Part shown: positions 11,243-22,725 of the stretch, piece by piece
Numbering within the stretch: position 1 is the stretch's first letter
Layout of the letters: each line of letters opens with the position of its first letter
Origin: Blepharisma stoltei ATCC 30299
Lineage: Eukaryota; Protista; Ciliophora
NCBI GenBank assembly: GCA_965603825.1
Contig: CBFDEM010000030.1
Location: 496,001 to 560,000, forward strand
Length of the DNA: 64,000 bases
Direction of reading: 5' to 3'
The notes under the pieces: model-generated
The model's input: the letters and a program-made list of their open reading frames with translations, nothing else
What the model was told of the DNA's origin: nothing
The model's database searches: none
Made by a program: the position numbers and the translations under genes

Positions 11243-14200
11243 CTAAGCTTTCTCAATCAAATCACATTTCAGATCTTCCACTTCTTTTTGTAAATTATGA
11301 ATGCTCATTGCTTTCCACTCAATTTTGTTCTTAAAATACCAATCTGAGTTCAATCTATGCTTCAAGCTTTCAATTAGCAAATTAATTACGTCCTTATTTT
11401 CATCAGCCTTTTCTGATTCTATTGAAATTGATTTTACACCTATTGACTCTGGACCTGTTGACCCATCACTTCTCAAAGACTCTTTTCTTGAGTCCAAAGA
11501 AGATCCTCCAATACAAATTATAGAATCCAAAGGTCTAATTGTTGTCGAATGTGTAGGATTTATATACAAAACTTCGCCGGGAGTGTATATATCTGTTGTA
11601 TTTCTTCTAGAAATCACTGCTAGCGGTATTATAGGTGGTTTCATTTCTAAAAAGTCTATTAAAATCTGCTGGTAGCTGCATGAGTTTTTGCCTTGGAAAT
11701 AGCTTGTAGGGATTTTTATTGTGTGGATTTTTGAGTTTTCTTGGTACTCTTTTTCATAGGTCCCAAAGCCGATGAGTTTATTTAAAATTAAGCTTAAGTC
11801 TGGGTTGTAAAAAATTTGGCAAATTAAGGAGTCTAAATAGTTTGCAAAAAAGCAGCCTCCTGACAGGTGTTGAGGTCAAGTATAATAATGCATTTTTGAA
11901 AATTCCCCTTGAGGACGGTTGCTTAAGAATTTCACACTGTTTTCATCAGAAAGTTCGACAAGAATTTGTGTATTTGGAAAGCTGACATCTATTAGTCGGC
12001 TACATAAAATAGCTTTGGAGTCTAACGAAGAGTTGTTTTTATCAGTTTGAGTTAAAATGACAACACATCTGCAATCACTAATAGCAGCCATGTATAGGTC
12101 TTGATGGTTTAGCATGTTACCTTTAAAATAATATAAGTTAGGGCACAGATCAGTTATTTTTGCTCATTCAGAAGAGGGCTCAGAATTATTTATCAAGCAA
12201 ATGGGCTGATAAGAATAAGATCTTAAGGCTTTAACAATATTCGGAAAACCTTCAATATCTCCAATCACAATTATATGGTGCGATACCAACCCATTTAAAT
12301 TATCCTTCCACAGTGAATAAATTTTCCCTTTTTCCAGCATAGATTTATAAGTGTTATCCTTTAGCTTCATTCCCAGAAATGCTTGCTCAAGTGCTGACAA
12401 TCTGTTACTATTTTCACTCTCCTCATAATTTTCATCAGTCGAAAAATACGAAGAAATATAACCAGCTGCTTTCTGATTATCTGCAATTACAAAAAGCATA
12501 TCTCCGTTAGCAATTCTATAATTGCAAGGATTAATTATGACACCTTTATTATCCTTGGAATATTTTGACTTCACCCCAATGACCAAAATCCCATTGATAT
12601 TTTTATATACAAATTTTACGACATCGTAAAACATTTTTCCAAAAAAAAATTCTGACGCTTGGACACAATAGACTTCTTTTCCAATCCCTTGAGTTGCCTT
12701 ATGCAGCCAAGATGCTTCTAAGCCTTTTGGGACTTTCGAATTAGATGTTGTGTACAATGAAGTAATAACGGTAGAGAAACCTTTATTATAAACTGACATC
12801 CCAAGGATACTCATTTTTATATCTTGTATTGAGATAACTGTGTGTCATGGCGAATAATCCATTGTGGAGTCTGGGTGATTTTTGACGAGCTGCAAATAAG
12901 TGTGAGAATAGGGATAATAATGCTTAATCATTTTCGTCACAATAGTTGCATTTATGTCAGCTGCATCAGGATGGGGACTATGCTGATTGGTCAAAATGAA
13001 GATAGAGTCAGCCATATGAGCATTTGCTTTTTCAAGGGTGGCAGGATTGGAGATGTCTCCTTCTAAGTAGCATATTTTTTCTTCATATTTGCTGCTATTA
13101 ATAAGCTTTAAAATATCATCACTAGGGTAATTAGAACCAATTATAACACATCGGTGATTATTTTTTCCATGGTCTTGGTGGTAAAATTGGCTTAAGAATT
13201 GATATATAGATGATGGGGTGTAATATCCACCAATTATTATATGATCAACAAGATGGTATTTTCTATCGTATTTTGAATAATTGCTGACAAGCTGAGACAT
13301 TTTTGATAATTGGTCGCTTAGAATGAATGCCATAGCTAAAATCATAAACAAAATAGCCATTCTTGAAGCTGTTCGCTGTGGAAAGATGTCACCATAACCG
13401 ACTGTTGAAGTTGTTACTATAGTATAATAAAGTGCAGTTAAAAAATCGAACTCTCCTGCATTTAGTTTAAAAGAATCTGATTGGAGAGAATTTAGCCCAT
13501 TTGCTAGTCCTGCGCCTATAAAAATTACTGAAAAAATAGATATAATAAGAATAAGAACCTGCTTGTTAAATCCAGAAACGTCAACTGCACTCGATAAAAA
13601 TTGCTTCCCATCAACCTCTTCCTTTTCATTCAGAGCCTTAAACATGCGAAGAACCCTCACAATCCTTAAAATTCTAAGAGCCCTTAGAAAATTAAGGTTG
13701 AAATGAAACCCAAATAAAATCAATTCAACATAAACCGGGATAATTGTTAATAAATCTACCATAGACATTTTTGAAAAAGCATACTCAACTCTATTTTGTG
13801 CATAGAAAAACTGCCATATCCAGTCCATTAAAAAAATCGTCGCCACAATCGTGTCAATTACCTGAAATAAATCTGCATGTGAGTCTTCATAATAAGTTCC
13901 TATAACATAAAGCATGCAGGCAATAATAGTAATTGTGACTTCAAATAGATCTCGATAGAATCTCAGAGCATTTTGCGTTATTGCAGATTTTAAGTTTTTA
14001 GCTCCTACAGAAGCTTTCATGTATTCAACATGACGATAATATGCTTCCAGCATCATAGAAGATAAGCCACATTGATTAATAATTTCACAGTTGAGAGGGT
14101 CTATTAAAGGCCCTTTAAGAATTTTGCTTTCATTTAAGGGATTAAATGCTTCTAAGAGGCGCTGCTGGATTTTTTCATCTTTTCCTTTGAGTGAAACCAT
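11243..14200 (-). CDS. Slo/BK-like calcium-activated potassium channel with two RCK domains, 985 aa
   Basis: Four ORFs join in frame via TGA. S4 LRALRILRIVRVLR, pore TTSTVGYGD, RCK motifs (HIIIGG, YLEGD, LDSLICQIFYNP). Confidence 0.9.
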
Positions 14201-14322
14201 AGTGCCTAATAAAGCAATAATATAAGTTATGATTATTATTTTTTAACTAAAATAAACAATTTTCTTACTAATACAACTAAAATACTTAGGATTTTAAAAA
14301 AAATTGTAATAAATGATGATTA

Positions 14323-15156
14323 TTATGTTAATTTCTTTTGTGCAGACTTAACGTGATGATTTCCATTCATTATATTGTCAATATCAGCTACAGTCCAAGG
14401 TTTAGAAAGTGTCCTTTCTTCCAACTTCAATAGTGGCAGCATCAAGTGCTGAAAACTGCCATTAAAAATGGCTTGTTCTTGATCTTTCGCCACAACAGAA
14501 GCGATATTTTCCATTTTCAATCCATGGACTTCTTCTTGTCTGCTCTTATAAATAATATCCTCCCCATCTTTTACCAGAGTCAAAGGGTTTAACAGCTTAA
14601 AATAAACGTCGAGCCCTATAAGCAAATTAGCAGGAGCTCTAGGACTAATATAAAGCCAAATATTGTCCAATTTTGTTTGGAGGACATCCTGGGTAAATGT
14701 GACTCCATCTTTTTCTGCCTCTTTATTGAGATCTTCTGCAGTCATACCTGCTCTGAGGGATTCTAAAGTAGAAATTTCTACATAATGCTCGCTAGGGAAG
14801 TTTGTGCTTCGGTCTATATTGACCCCAATATGCATTTCGAAAGACAATGGATTGATTTCAAGGTTTTCGATCCCTAAGAATTGGAATTTGTAGCCTTCAG
14901 CTTCCAAATCATCTAGGTTTTGGCAAACTGTCTTGTGTAGGGTAGGCTCAAGGATTGTTTTCAATGCCGCTTTGTCATTATTTGCGAATCCTTCACAAAT
15001 TGTTTGAAAGGTTTTTGTAAATTGTGTCTTTGTGAATTTTAGCATTTTTTCTCTTGAGGGTTCATCAAATGACATATGAAGCTCTGGCATGTCTTGCACT
15101 TTAAAAACCCATGGTGTTTTGACAGAAGTTGTAAAGGATCTACGCAGAAGAAGCAT
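14323..15156 (-). CDS. putative mitochondrial protein, possibly Tim44-like fold
   Basis: MLLLRRSFTTS presequence-like start; F...D...L..IL and W.VADID pattern; weak family assignment. Confidence 0.6.
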   Translation of the reverse strand: MLLLRRSFTTSVKTPWVFKVQDMPELHMSFDEPSREKMLKFTKTQFTKTFQTICEGFANNDKAALKTILEPTLHKTVCQNLDDLEAEGYKFQFLGIENLEINPLSFEMHIGVNIDRSTNFPSEHYVEISTLESLRAGMTAEDLNKEAEKDGVTFTQDVLQTKLDNIWLYISPRAPANLLIGLDVYFKLLNPLTLVKDGEDIIYKSRQEEVHGLKMENIASVVAKDQEQAIFNGSFQHLMLPLLKLEERTLSKPWTVADIDNIMNGNHHVKSAQKKLT

Positions 15157-15369
15157 TAAAAATGTCTGATTTGCTAATTAAAATTAATTTTTGTATCAAT
15201 TTTTGTTTATAGGTAAATTAATTATTATATAAAAAATCTTTTAAATTTAAAAAAAATGCAATTTCTGATAAAATGAACTATTATCAAGAAATAGATACAG
15301 TTTTATATATTAAAAATTAAATAAATAGTCATACCAAAATTTAACCAAATATTTGTTGACAAATCTAAA

Positions 15370-16545
15370 ATGGCCCAAATCAGCCGTATCGTTTTGTTTG
15401 CTTACATGCTAGGGATGCTCCTTTTTGGAACCTCTAACACAGTCATCAGCAAATTAATGGACGAAGAAGGCTTCTCTCATCCTTACTTCCAATGTGCAAC
15501 AATGTTTCTCGGCGAATTTCTCTGTTTTGGGATGTATGGGCTACTTCAGTGGAAAGAAAAACGAAAACAAGCTGAAAATTCCAATATAGCAGTTCAAATC
15601 AGACTTTCCCAGCAGCCCAGAACAGGGTTATATGGAAAACTCGGAAAATTCGTATTTTGCATCCCCGCATTTTTTGATATGTGTGCCTCAACTCTGATGT
15701 TTATAGGACTTGTATTATCAGCTGCATCAATATACCAAATGATTAGAGGGTTTATCATTGTCGTTGTTGCTGTATATTCAGTTATCTTTTTAAAGCGCTC
15801 TTTATATAGGCATCAAATCACAGGTGTAGCTTTTGCACTTGTAGGAGTTTCGCTGGTTGGACTTTCAGCTGTTTTATATTCTTCTAAATCAGCTGAAAAT
15901 CCGTTTTTAGGACTGATTATTCTTATAATTGCGCAGTTTTTGGCAGGCGGAGTATTTGTAAGTGAAGAACTATTCTTAGGGAACGTAAAAATTGATCCTT
16001 TACAAGCAGTTGGGATTGAAGGACTTTCAGGACTATCTTTTTACATCATTTTGTTGCCAATTCTTAACATAATCCCTTGTGATAACTCAGATTTGTGCAG
16101 TAAAGGATACGTTGAAGACACTTTAAACGCTTTTTATCAAATCGGCACTGACTGGATTCTAATGCTCTGCTGGTGGGGTGTTATGATAAGTTTTTCGTTT
16201 TTCAATTGGACAGGGGTTTCTACTACAAAATATGCTAATGCTTTAGCAAGGTCTACAGTCGACACAAGCCGAACTTTATTAGTTTGGCTGTTTAGCATGC
16301 TGGCAGGATGGGAAGATTTTAATTTTTTACAATTAGGAGGGTTTGTTCTTTTAGTTATAGGGACGACTCTTTATAATGAAGTTTTGGTTCTCCCTTTCTG
16401 GGGATTCAAAGAATCTGTGGAAAATCATCGAAGAGAGCTGGAAGAAAGACAAAGACAAACTGAAGCTTTTCTTGGGAGGAATTTAGACGATATAGGTATC
16501 ACTCCGAAAAGAGATGATGAAGTAAGGACAAATGCAGAGCCATAA
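15370..16545 (+). CDS. SLC35F6-like DMT/nucleotide-sugar transporter family protein
   Basis: About 10 TM segments; FQCATMFLGEFLC, IPAFFD, SIYQMIRG, VGIEG and RSTVDTSRT motifs. Confidence 0.88.
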   Translation: MAQISRIVLFAYMLGMLLFGTSNTVISKLMDEEGFSHPYFQCATMFLGEFLCFGMYGLLQWKEKRKQAENSNIAVQIRLSQQPRTGLYGKLGKFVFCIPAFFDMCASTLMFIGLVLSAASIYQMIRGFIIVVVAVYSVIFLKRSLYRHQITGVAFALVGVSLVGLSAVLYSSKSAENPFLGLIILIIAQFLAGGVFVSEELFLGNVKIDPLQAVGIEGLSGLSFYIILLPILNIIPCDNSDLCSKGYVEDTLNAFYQIGTDWILMLCWWGVMISFSFFNWTGVSTTKYANALARSTVDTSRTLLVWLFSMLAGWEDFNFLQLGGFVLLVIGTTLYNEVLVLPFWGFKESVENHRRELEERQRQTEAFLGRNLDDIGITPKRDDEVRTNAEP

Positions 16546-16665
16546 ATAACAAAAATTGTAGATAAGAGATTGATAAGCTATCTAGTTGTGTATGATTTTT
16601 TAAATACTCAAAATCTTATGATAATATATTAGAAATTATTATATCTAATAAAACACCTCAGCAGT

Positions 16666-19302
16666 ATGAGCAACAAAACTAATTCTTCTGGCCAGCAAAA
16701 TTCTTTGAAAGTCGTAATTCTAGACAATATCGATGACTCCCAAACCTCTGTTGATAGAACTTTAAATGGGACCTTAAATGAAGTGCTGCCATCAGACGAA
16801 TTTTATAAGTTATTTACAAACACTCTTAAAATCTCATCGAAAAATCGTGCGCTTCAGGTTAAGTTTAAGCGTCAAACGACAACAGCCCAAGATGAAGTCA
16901 CGCTGTCTGAAGCAGTCCTGACGACAGAAATCATTGAAGAAGTCTTAGATAGAGAGCTCGAAAAATCAAGAAAAAAACACAAGAAAGCGTCATACGAAGC
17001 TATTAAGGAAACACCCCAAACCAACACGAGAAAACTAGATTCTTCAAGCTGCTTTATATGATTCGTAGTAAGAAAAAATGATATGAAAAATGTAGTCCCA
17101 GACATGGAACTTGTCAAATATAAGCAAGTGTGCTTAGATATGATCGCTAGGCTTAGCACATGTACCGAAGCTCATTTTGGTATCGCCAAGCTGCTAGCAA
17201 ATGAAGGGAAATTCGATAGCGCTTTACAGCATTTGAAAATTTGTGTAAAAGAGCAGCCGAGTGATAAGCTTTATTTTTTATGGTATGCCATTATGATGGT
17301 TTTAAGCGTAGAAACTAAGTCAGCAGCATTGGAAGCCAAAAATACGTGCTATAGTAATTTATAATTAGAATGTATCAAAAACGGAACCAAAGGTGTTGAA
17401 ATATACTGGGCCTTGATGAAGCTTTCTTTATTAAATTTTTTGAAAATTGGAACTGAAATAGAAAGTCCTGAGCATTATGCCACTAGAATCAAAGAAATTG
17501 ATGATTACTATGGGCTGCTTGCATGGAGTGAACTTTCGATTGACAGTAGAGAATTAGAAGTAAGAGAAAGAGGAGAGTTAATATTAAAAGAACTTATCAG
17601 TGATAATCCTCAGAGACCAGAAGCTTATATGAAATTGTGGTATTATTACTATTTTGTTACCAAAAATTATGATAGTGCACTAGATATAATTGAGGCTGCA
17701 TTTTTAAAGCTTTCTGATATAGCTCCTGAGTATTCTATATTAATTAGCTTGAAATACTCTAAAAATCTGTTTAGAATTGGAAAATCTAAAAATGCTTTTG
17801 AACTTTTACAAATAAAATACATGAAATTATCTCTATACCCAGTTTATTTATATTACTATGGAAAGCTTTGTATCAAAAGCACAGATGCTACCTTTATAGG
17901 CTCAGCCGTCGGAGCTCTCACTGAATGCTTAAAGGTCTGTGCTGAATCTCGTCACGGTCAAGCCTACTATTGGCTTGCCAAAGGCTACCTCCTCGCAAAT
18001 GAAAAAATCAACGCTTATAGCTGTATGAAAGAAGCTATCCCTTTACTAAGCTCTCTCGTCGAAAAAGTCAATGAAAGCTCTTCAGAGGAAAAGCACTTCG
18101 AGAAAAAAATATTTGAAAAAATAAACGAGCTAAAAGAAACGATGAAAACCATGTATGGAGACATGGTAAATTACGAAATAATTGACAGAGTTTTAAAATC
18201 AGATACTATTGACAATGCCAAAATTGAAGAGTGCAAGATTTATTGCAGCTCCCTAAGAAATTTTGACTATGTTGAAGCCGATATTTGTGAATCAAAAGTG
18301 CTGTGGAAAGCAGGGATGAAAGAAGAAGCTTATAAGCTTCTTCAAAACAGCTCAAATAGAGCTTCTTTAAGCATGAAAGCATATTTTCAGCTACTTGAAT
18401 TTTTATTAGAAGAAAAAAATTTCAATGAAGTCCAAAGATCAGCCAAAAACTTAATCAAAAAATGCAAAATTTCCAGTATCCCTGCACAAGTTTGGGTCCG
18501 AGCACATATGATATACGCAAAAGCACTAGTAAAAAATGACAATATTTCCAAAGCAATTCTAATATACAAAACTCTTGCACAAATACAGCCAAATCTCTTC
18601 GTCCCCGATGTAGGGTATACTAAAGAGCTGCAAAAAGCGACCACAAAAGAAGAATTGATAAATGCTAACGAAACATTTCAGAAAAAAAAATTCATGACAA
18701 GCTTTTTATATAGTGAGGCTTTATCAGATCTTGATAGCCAAAGAGCCCGATTAATTTCATCTAGAAAAAATTTAATGTCCTCAATACTAAATGAAGATGG
18801 TGACGTTGAATCTCCTTATAAACAGACAAGCTCTGACTTCCCTAGACTACTTATAAATGATGCAGAACATGAGGACTCAAGTCAGAAATCTCCATTACAA
18901 GGATTAGGAATCTCTAGAATCCCTATAGGCGATTCTGCTAATATTTCATTTTCAGCTTGTTCAGACTATCTATTTTTATATAAAATTGGAAAAATAGCAG
19001 CAAAATATAATAAATTCATAGAGGATGGGGTGCAGGCTTTGCATGATTTTTTAAATATTCATCATTATTGGATGAAAGAAGGCATTGAAGCTGATGAAGA
19101 TTTAAGGGTCAAAGCACTTTATTGGCTTGGGGTTCTATGCCACATTCAACAAGATTTTAGCCAAGCTTATACGATTTTTAGGGATATAATGAGTATGCTG
19201 TTTCAATTAGGAAGAGCTTCGATGAGCAACCAAATCCAAGAATATTTCAAGCAGTATGAGTCATTAGGAATAAAACCTCCAGCAAGCGCCGGAGCATTAT
19301 AA
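16666..19302 (+). CDS. TPR-repeat protein
   Basis: Three ORFs join via TGA 17059-17061 and the 15-nt intron 17354-17368; TPR-like helices (EAHFGIAKLL, AYYWLAKGY, ALYWLG). Confidence 0.82.
17354..17368 (+). other. 15-nt intron (gtaatttataattag)
   Basis: GT-AG, A10, in-frame TAA; removal joins the ORFs. Confidence 0.88.
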
Positions 19303-19356
19303 ACTGTGAGCTGCTATTAATTCTCTATTAAAGCTAATTAGAATACAATTATACAA

Positions 19357-20436
19357 TTAAGATGAAACATCTGACTGGCCTAAAGCTGTTGTGTCATTTA
19401 TATTGACTTTGGATTTATCATCAACTTCTAGCCTATATGCATTTTCTGCTTCTATAGAAGATTCCTCTTCTTGAAGCTTTCCTTCACTTTCCTTTTCTTT
19501 TTTCAAATCAATTACAGCCATATTTTGCAATGGGAAATTTAAATCAGTAAATCTTTGTAAATCATCTCAATTCATAGGGACTATTGATGCATTTCTCCCA
19601 TTTCTTTTCAGCTTTGTATCTGCATATTCAGGGTTATCAATATATGGCTCAAATATTTCTTCTAAAGGGATTTCTTCCATAACAATTTTACTTTGGTTTA
19701 CTGAGATATCTACCACTTCATATTTTTTAGCCTTTCTTTTGCTTAAAATGTACTCATAAGTAGTCATTTTTTTGCACATTAGCCATAGATGAAATCCTAT
19801 TAACTGCGCATTTGCGAGAGCTACAAGTCCACTGATGGAGACCATAAATAAGATAACAAAAACATAGCCATATATCCCGTCCCCAGAAATGTGTAAATTA
19901 TCACTAAGCCTTCCTTTATATGATGATCCACTGATAACTTCGTTGCATACAGCAGCCCCACATATAGTGATAATTGATACTAAAACTTCTAAAGCTATTA
20001 TTAGTTCAGCAAATAATTTGTAGTTTCTCCTTCCAATGCAGTTGTTAAGCCATTTACAATGGTGATCAAAATGATCCACACATCTTTCGCAGTCTCTGCA
20101 GTGTTTACTATCTGCATGGACATGTGCTTTGCACATTTGACAGATTTTAGGGTATTTTTTTAAGTCAAAATCTCTCCTATCTAGTTTTTACATTTCTTTT
20201 TTCGCAGCGAGTTCTTCATGTATTGAAGGGTCAGTTGGGTCAAGATATGTGCATAAAAAGCCAAAAATCAATGTAAAAGCAAAAAAAACTGAAAAAACGA
20301 CCCCAAGTATAATTTGTAGCTCACCTGGGAAAATTGGGATTACCAGTATGTAGAAAAGGACAGTTATCAGCCCTACAAGTGTCCACGCAATAATTTGTAG
20401 CATGTGAAATGGCCTTTGGAACCCATTCTTTTTCAT
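19357..20436 (-). CDS. DHHC palmitoyltransferase, ZDHHC1/11-like
   Basis: NGFQRPFH.LQ N-terminus, C..C...HC..C..CV..FDHHC.WLNNCIG and TTYE motifs. Intron 20177-20191; extends past TGA 19567-19569 to TAA 19357-19359. Confidence 0.9.
20177..20191 (-). other. 15-nt intron (gtaaaaactagatag)
   Basis: GT-AG, A10, in-frame TAA; splicing connects the TM region to the DHHC-CRD. Confidence 0.88.
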
Positions 20437-20494
20437 TGATTTTAATGTTTAAAATATTTTGGTTATTATTAGTTATATAAGCATCTCTTAAGGT

Positions 20495-21334
20495 TTATTT
20501 TGGCCTTCCATGCAAACCAAACTGATAAACACAAGTGTCATTTGCACCATAATTCGATTCTATTTCCAACAAAACAGCTGTAATTGCAGTATCGCAGTTA
20601 TTTGCACATTTAAAAATCTCCCATGACCTTCTTTTTTCTCCTTTAATCGTCATATCAAAGCTGTAGCTTCCTAATAGTGAGCATTCGTTATCTTCTACTG
20701 CAGTTTCCATTGACCAAACGCTGAAATTCTTCGGCGCTGTCGCATAGTCAACAATCTACCTATTTTTTACATTTATATGCTTGATAAAAAACTGTTCTGG
20801 ATATATCTCATACCCCAGCTGTATCGCTAACTGTCCTTTTTCTCCTTCAAAAGCCCAGCATTTTCCAAATGAATTATCATCAGACAATGCAGATTCCCTT
20901 TGATTATTTGAAAGCCACGCTAAAGAAGCATGAAATTCAGGGGATGAGTGTTCTTTAATTACTGTAGCTTTATTTGTGATGCTTGCATAGTTAATGTAAG
21001 CGTCAAGAGACTCCTCTTGGGTCTCTTTTATCACAACAGGCTGAAGGACTTCTTTAATAGGTAAGATCTGTGAAGTGTGGTCTGTTATCCAGAAATGGAC
21101 GAACACCATAGAAAAAAGGCTTCCTAATAGAAAGATAAAGAGGGATATGCAAAAGCAAGTAGTGAAGTCCATCTTGTCAGACTTCACAGCTGTTGGCGCC
21201 CATTTGTTTTTGAGATCGCGATATTCGACGCTGGTTAGGGACTTTTGAGGGGATAAAGAAATGCAGGAGAGACTTGGAGAAGGGGTGAGGGAAGCAGGGA
21301 GCTTGCCGAGCTGAGTTTTGCCGACTGATTCCAT
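20495..21334 (-). CDS. SUN-domain nuclear envelope protein
   Basis: One TM segment, then GKCWAF.G..GQL.I.L, TAPKNFSVW and SNYG...TCVYQFGLHG SUN motifs; intron 20756-20770. Confidence 0.88.
20756..20770 (-). other. 15-nt intron (gtaaaaaataggtag)
   Basis: GT-AG, A10, in-frame TAG inside the SUN domain. Confidence 0.88.
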
Positions 21335-21469
21335 TTAAAATATGTAATTGATATTGTGATAGAGCCTACAAAATAGGGTTTAAATTAATTAAAGCAGAGA
21401 TATTAATATAAAATTTTATATAGTCTCGTTTTCTTTATCAAATCAGCATTTTCAACATTATTCTTCTGT

Positions 21470-22636
21470 TTAAGCTTGATTCTCGCTTAATGTCCTCCTT
21501 AACATATTATACACTTTTGAGGTATATTTGCTTCCAATCCTATTATCTCTTACAAATCTGTGAGCGAGGCTAAAAAGATCGTCGCCTTTTGAAACTTCAA
21601 TTGCTGCAGTTTTTCCTTCATCAATCTCAAAATTTATTTTTATTGAAGGGTGAAGGGTCTGCTCTATTAGTTCTTTGATTGAAATCGCTATGCTTTCACA
21701 AGCTTCATCACACAGATTATGAGTTTCTGAAAATTCTTTTGCTAATTCTTCAGGAATGTCTCCTTCTCTAATCGTAATTGTTTCTTCTTTATCTTCTCCA
21801 GTACTTATTTGCAAGCTTCCTATCACTTTTTTCCTCGTTTCTGCCAGTTTTTCTGTTTGCAATAGTGGTGGCTTAATTTTTTCTAACTGTTTTTTATAGT
21901 TTTCCTCTTCACATTTTTTCACTTTTTTTTCATAATTTTTCAATTCTTTGGCCACAACTCCAAGGTAATTGTTTATTTCTTGCTGTATTAAGTCTCCAAG
22001 CTCCCTGATGCTTTTATAATTGGCTTTAATGTTTTTTTGTTTAAATGCTCTGGCAGCGATATCATAAGAGCTGTCACCAGAATGCACATCTTCTGTAACA
22101 GTGTAGCCTGACCCTATATCAATTTCAAGCGAAATTAATGATACTTTGTTGACTGTTTTTTGTGAAGATTTTGAGGAATTACTTGATGTTATGGTATCTT
22201 GGCTGGATTTTTTGGGCTTTGGAGTTAGGCTAGTTTTAACGACTGGGGCTTTTTTTGGCTTAGGTTTTGCTACTGTTTTAGGGATTATTCTTTTGGTTGT
22301 TTTTTTGAAGTCTTCGTATTTTCCTTTCAGCTTTTTGATCTCTTGGGCTAACTTGCTTGTTTCAATTTCAGATGGCTCGAATTCGTGGCTGTCAACTGGC
22401 CCATCATATACTTTGAAATCGTCATATAAAAACAAGATGTTAGACTCGTCTGAACACATTGAAATCTGGCTCATTTCTTTGAGGACGCTAGCTGTAAATG
22501 GCTGTTTCTGAATTTCGATAATTTTTTCAGTTTCTTCAATACTCTTGGATAAGTCACTATTTAAGGTTTCTGAATTAGATAAGTTTCCTATTTCTTCTGA
22601 GCTGGACTCTTTGCTGAGGGAATTTTCATAACTCAT
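21470..22636 (-). CDS. hypothetical protein with three ~40-aa repeats and coiled coil, 388 aa
   Basis: ATG-TAA ORF; repeated I.I..G....I.V..GD....A..F motif. Confidence 0.8.
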   Translation of the reverse strand: MSYENSLSKESSSEEIGNLSNSETLNSDLSKSIEETEKIIEIQKQPFTASVLKEMSQISMCSDESNILFLYDDFKVYDGPVDSHEFEPSEIETSKLAQEIKKLKGKYEDFKKTTKRIIPKTVAKPKPKKAPVVKTSLTPKPKKSSQDTITSSNSSKSSQKTVNKVSLISLEIDIGSGYTVTEDVHSGDSSYDIAARAFKQKNIKANYKSIRELGDLIQQEINNYLGVVAKELKNYEKKVKKCEEENYKKQLEKIKPPLLQTEKLAETRKKVIGSLQISTGEDKEETITIREGDIPEELAKEFSETHNLCDEACESIAISIKELIEQTLHPSIKINFEIDEGKTAAIEVSKGDDLFSLAHRFVRDNRIGSKYTSKVYNMLRRTLSENQA

Positions 22637-22725
22637 ATTTATCTTATAACGTGTACTTATAATCTAAATAATGTAAATTTTGCTGAATTATCAAAATTTA
22701 CAGTAATCCATATAATTTTTTAATC

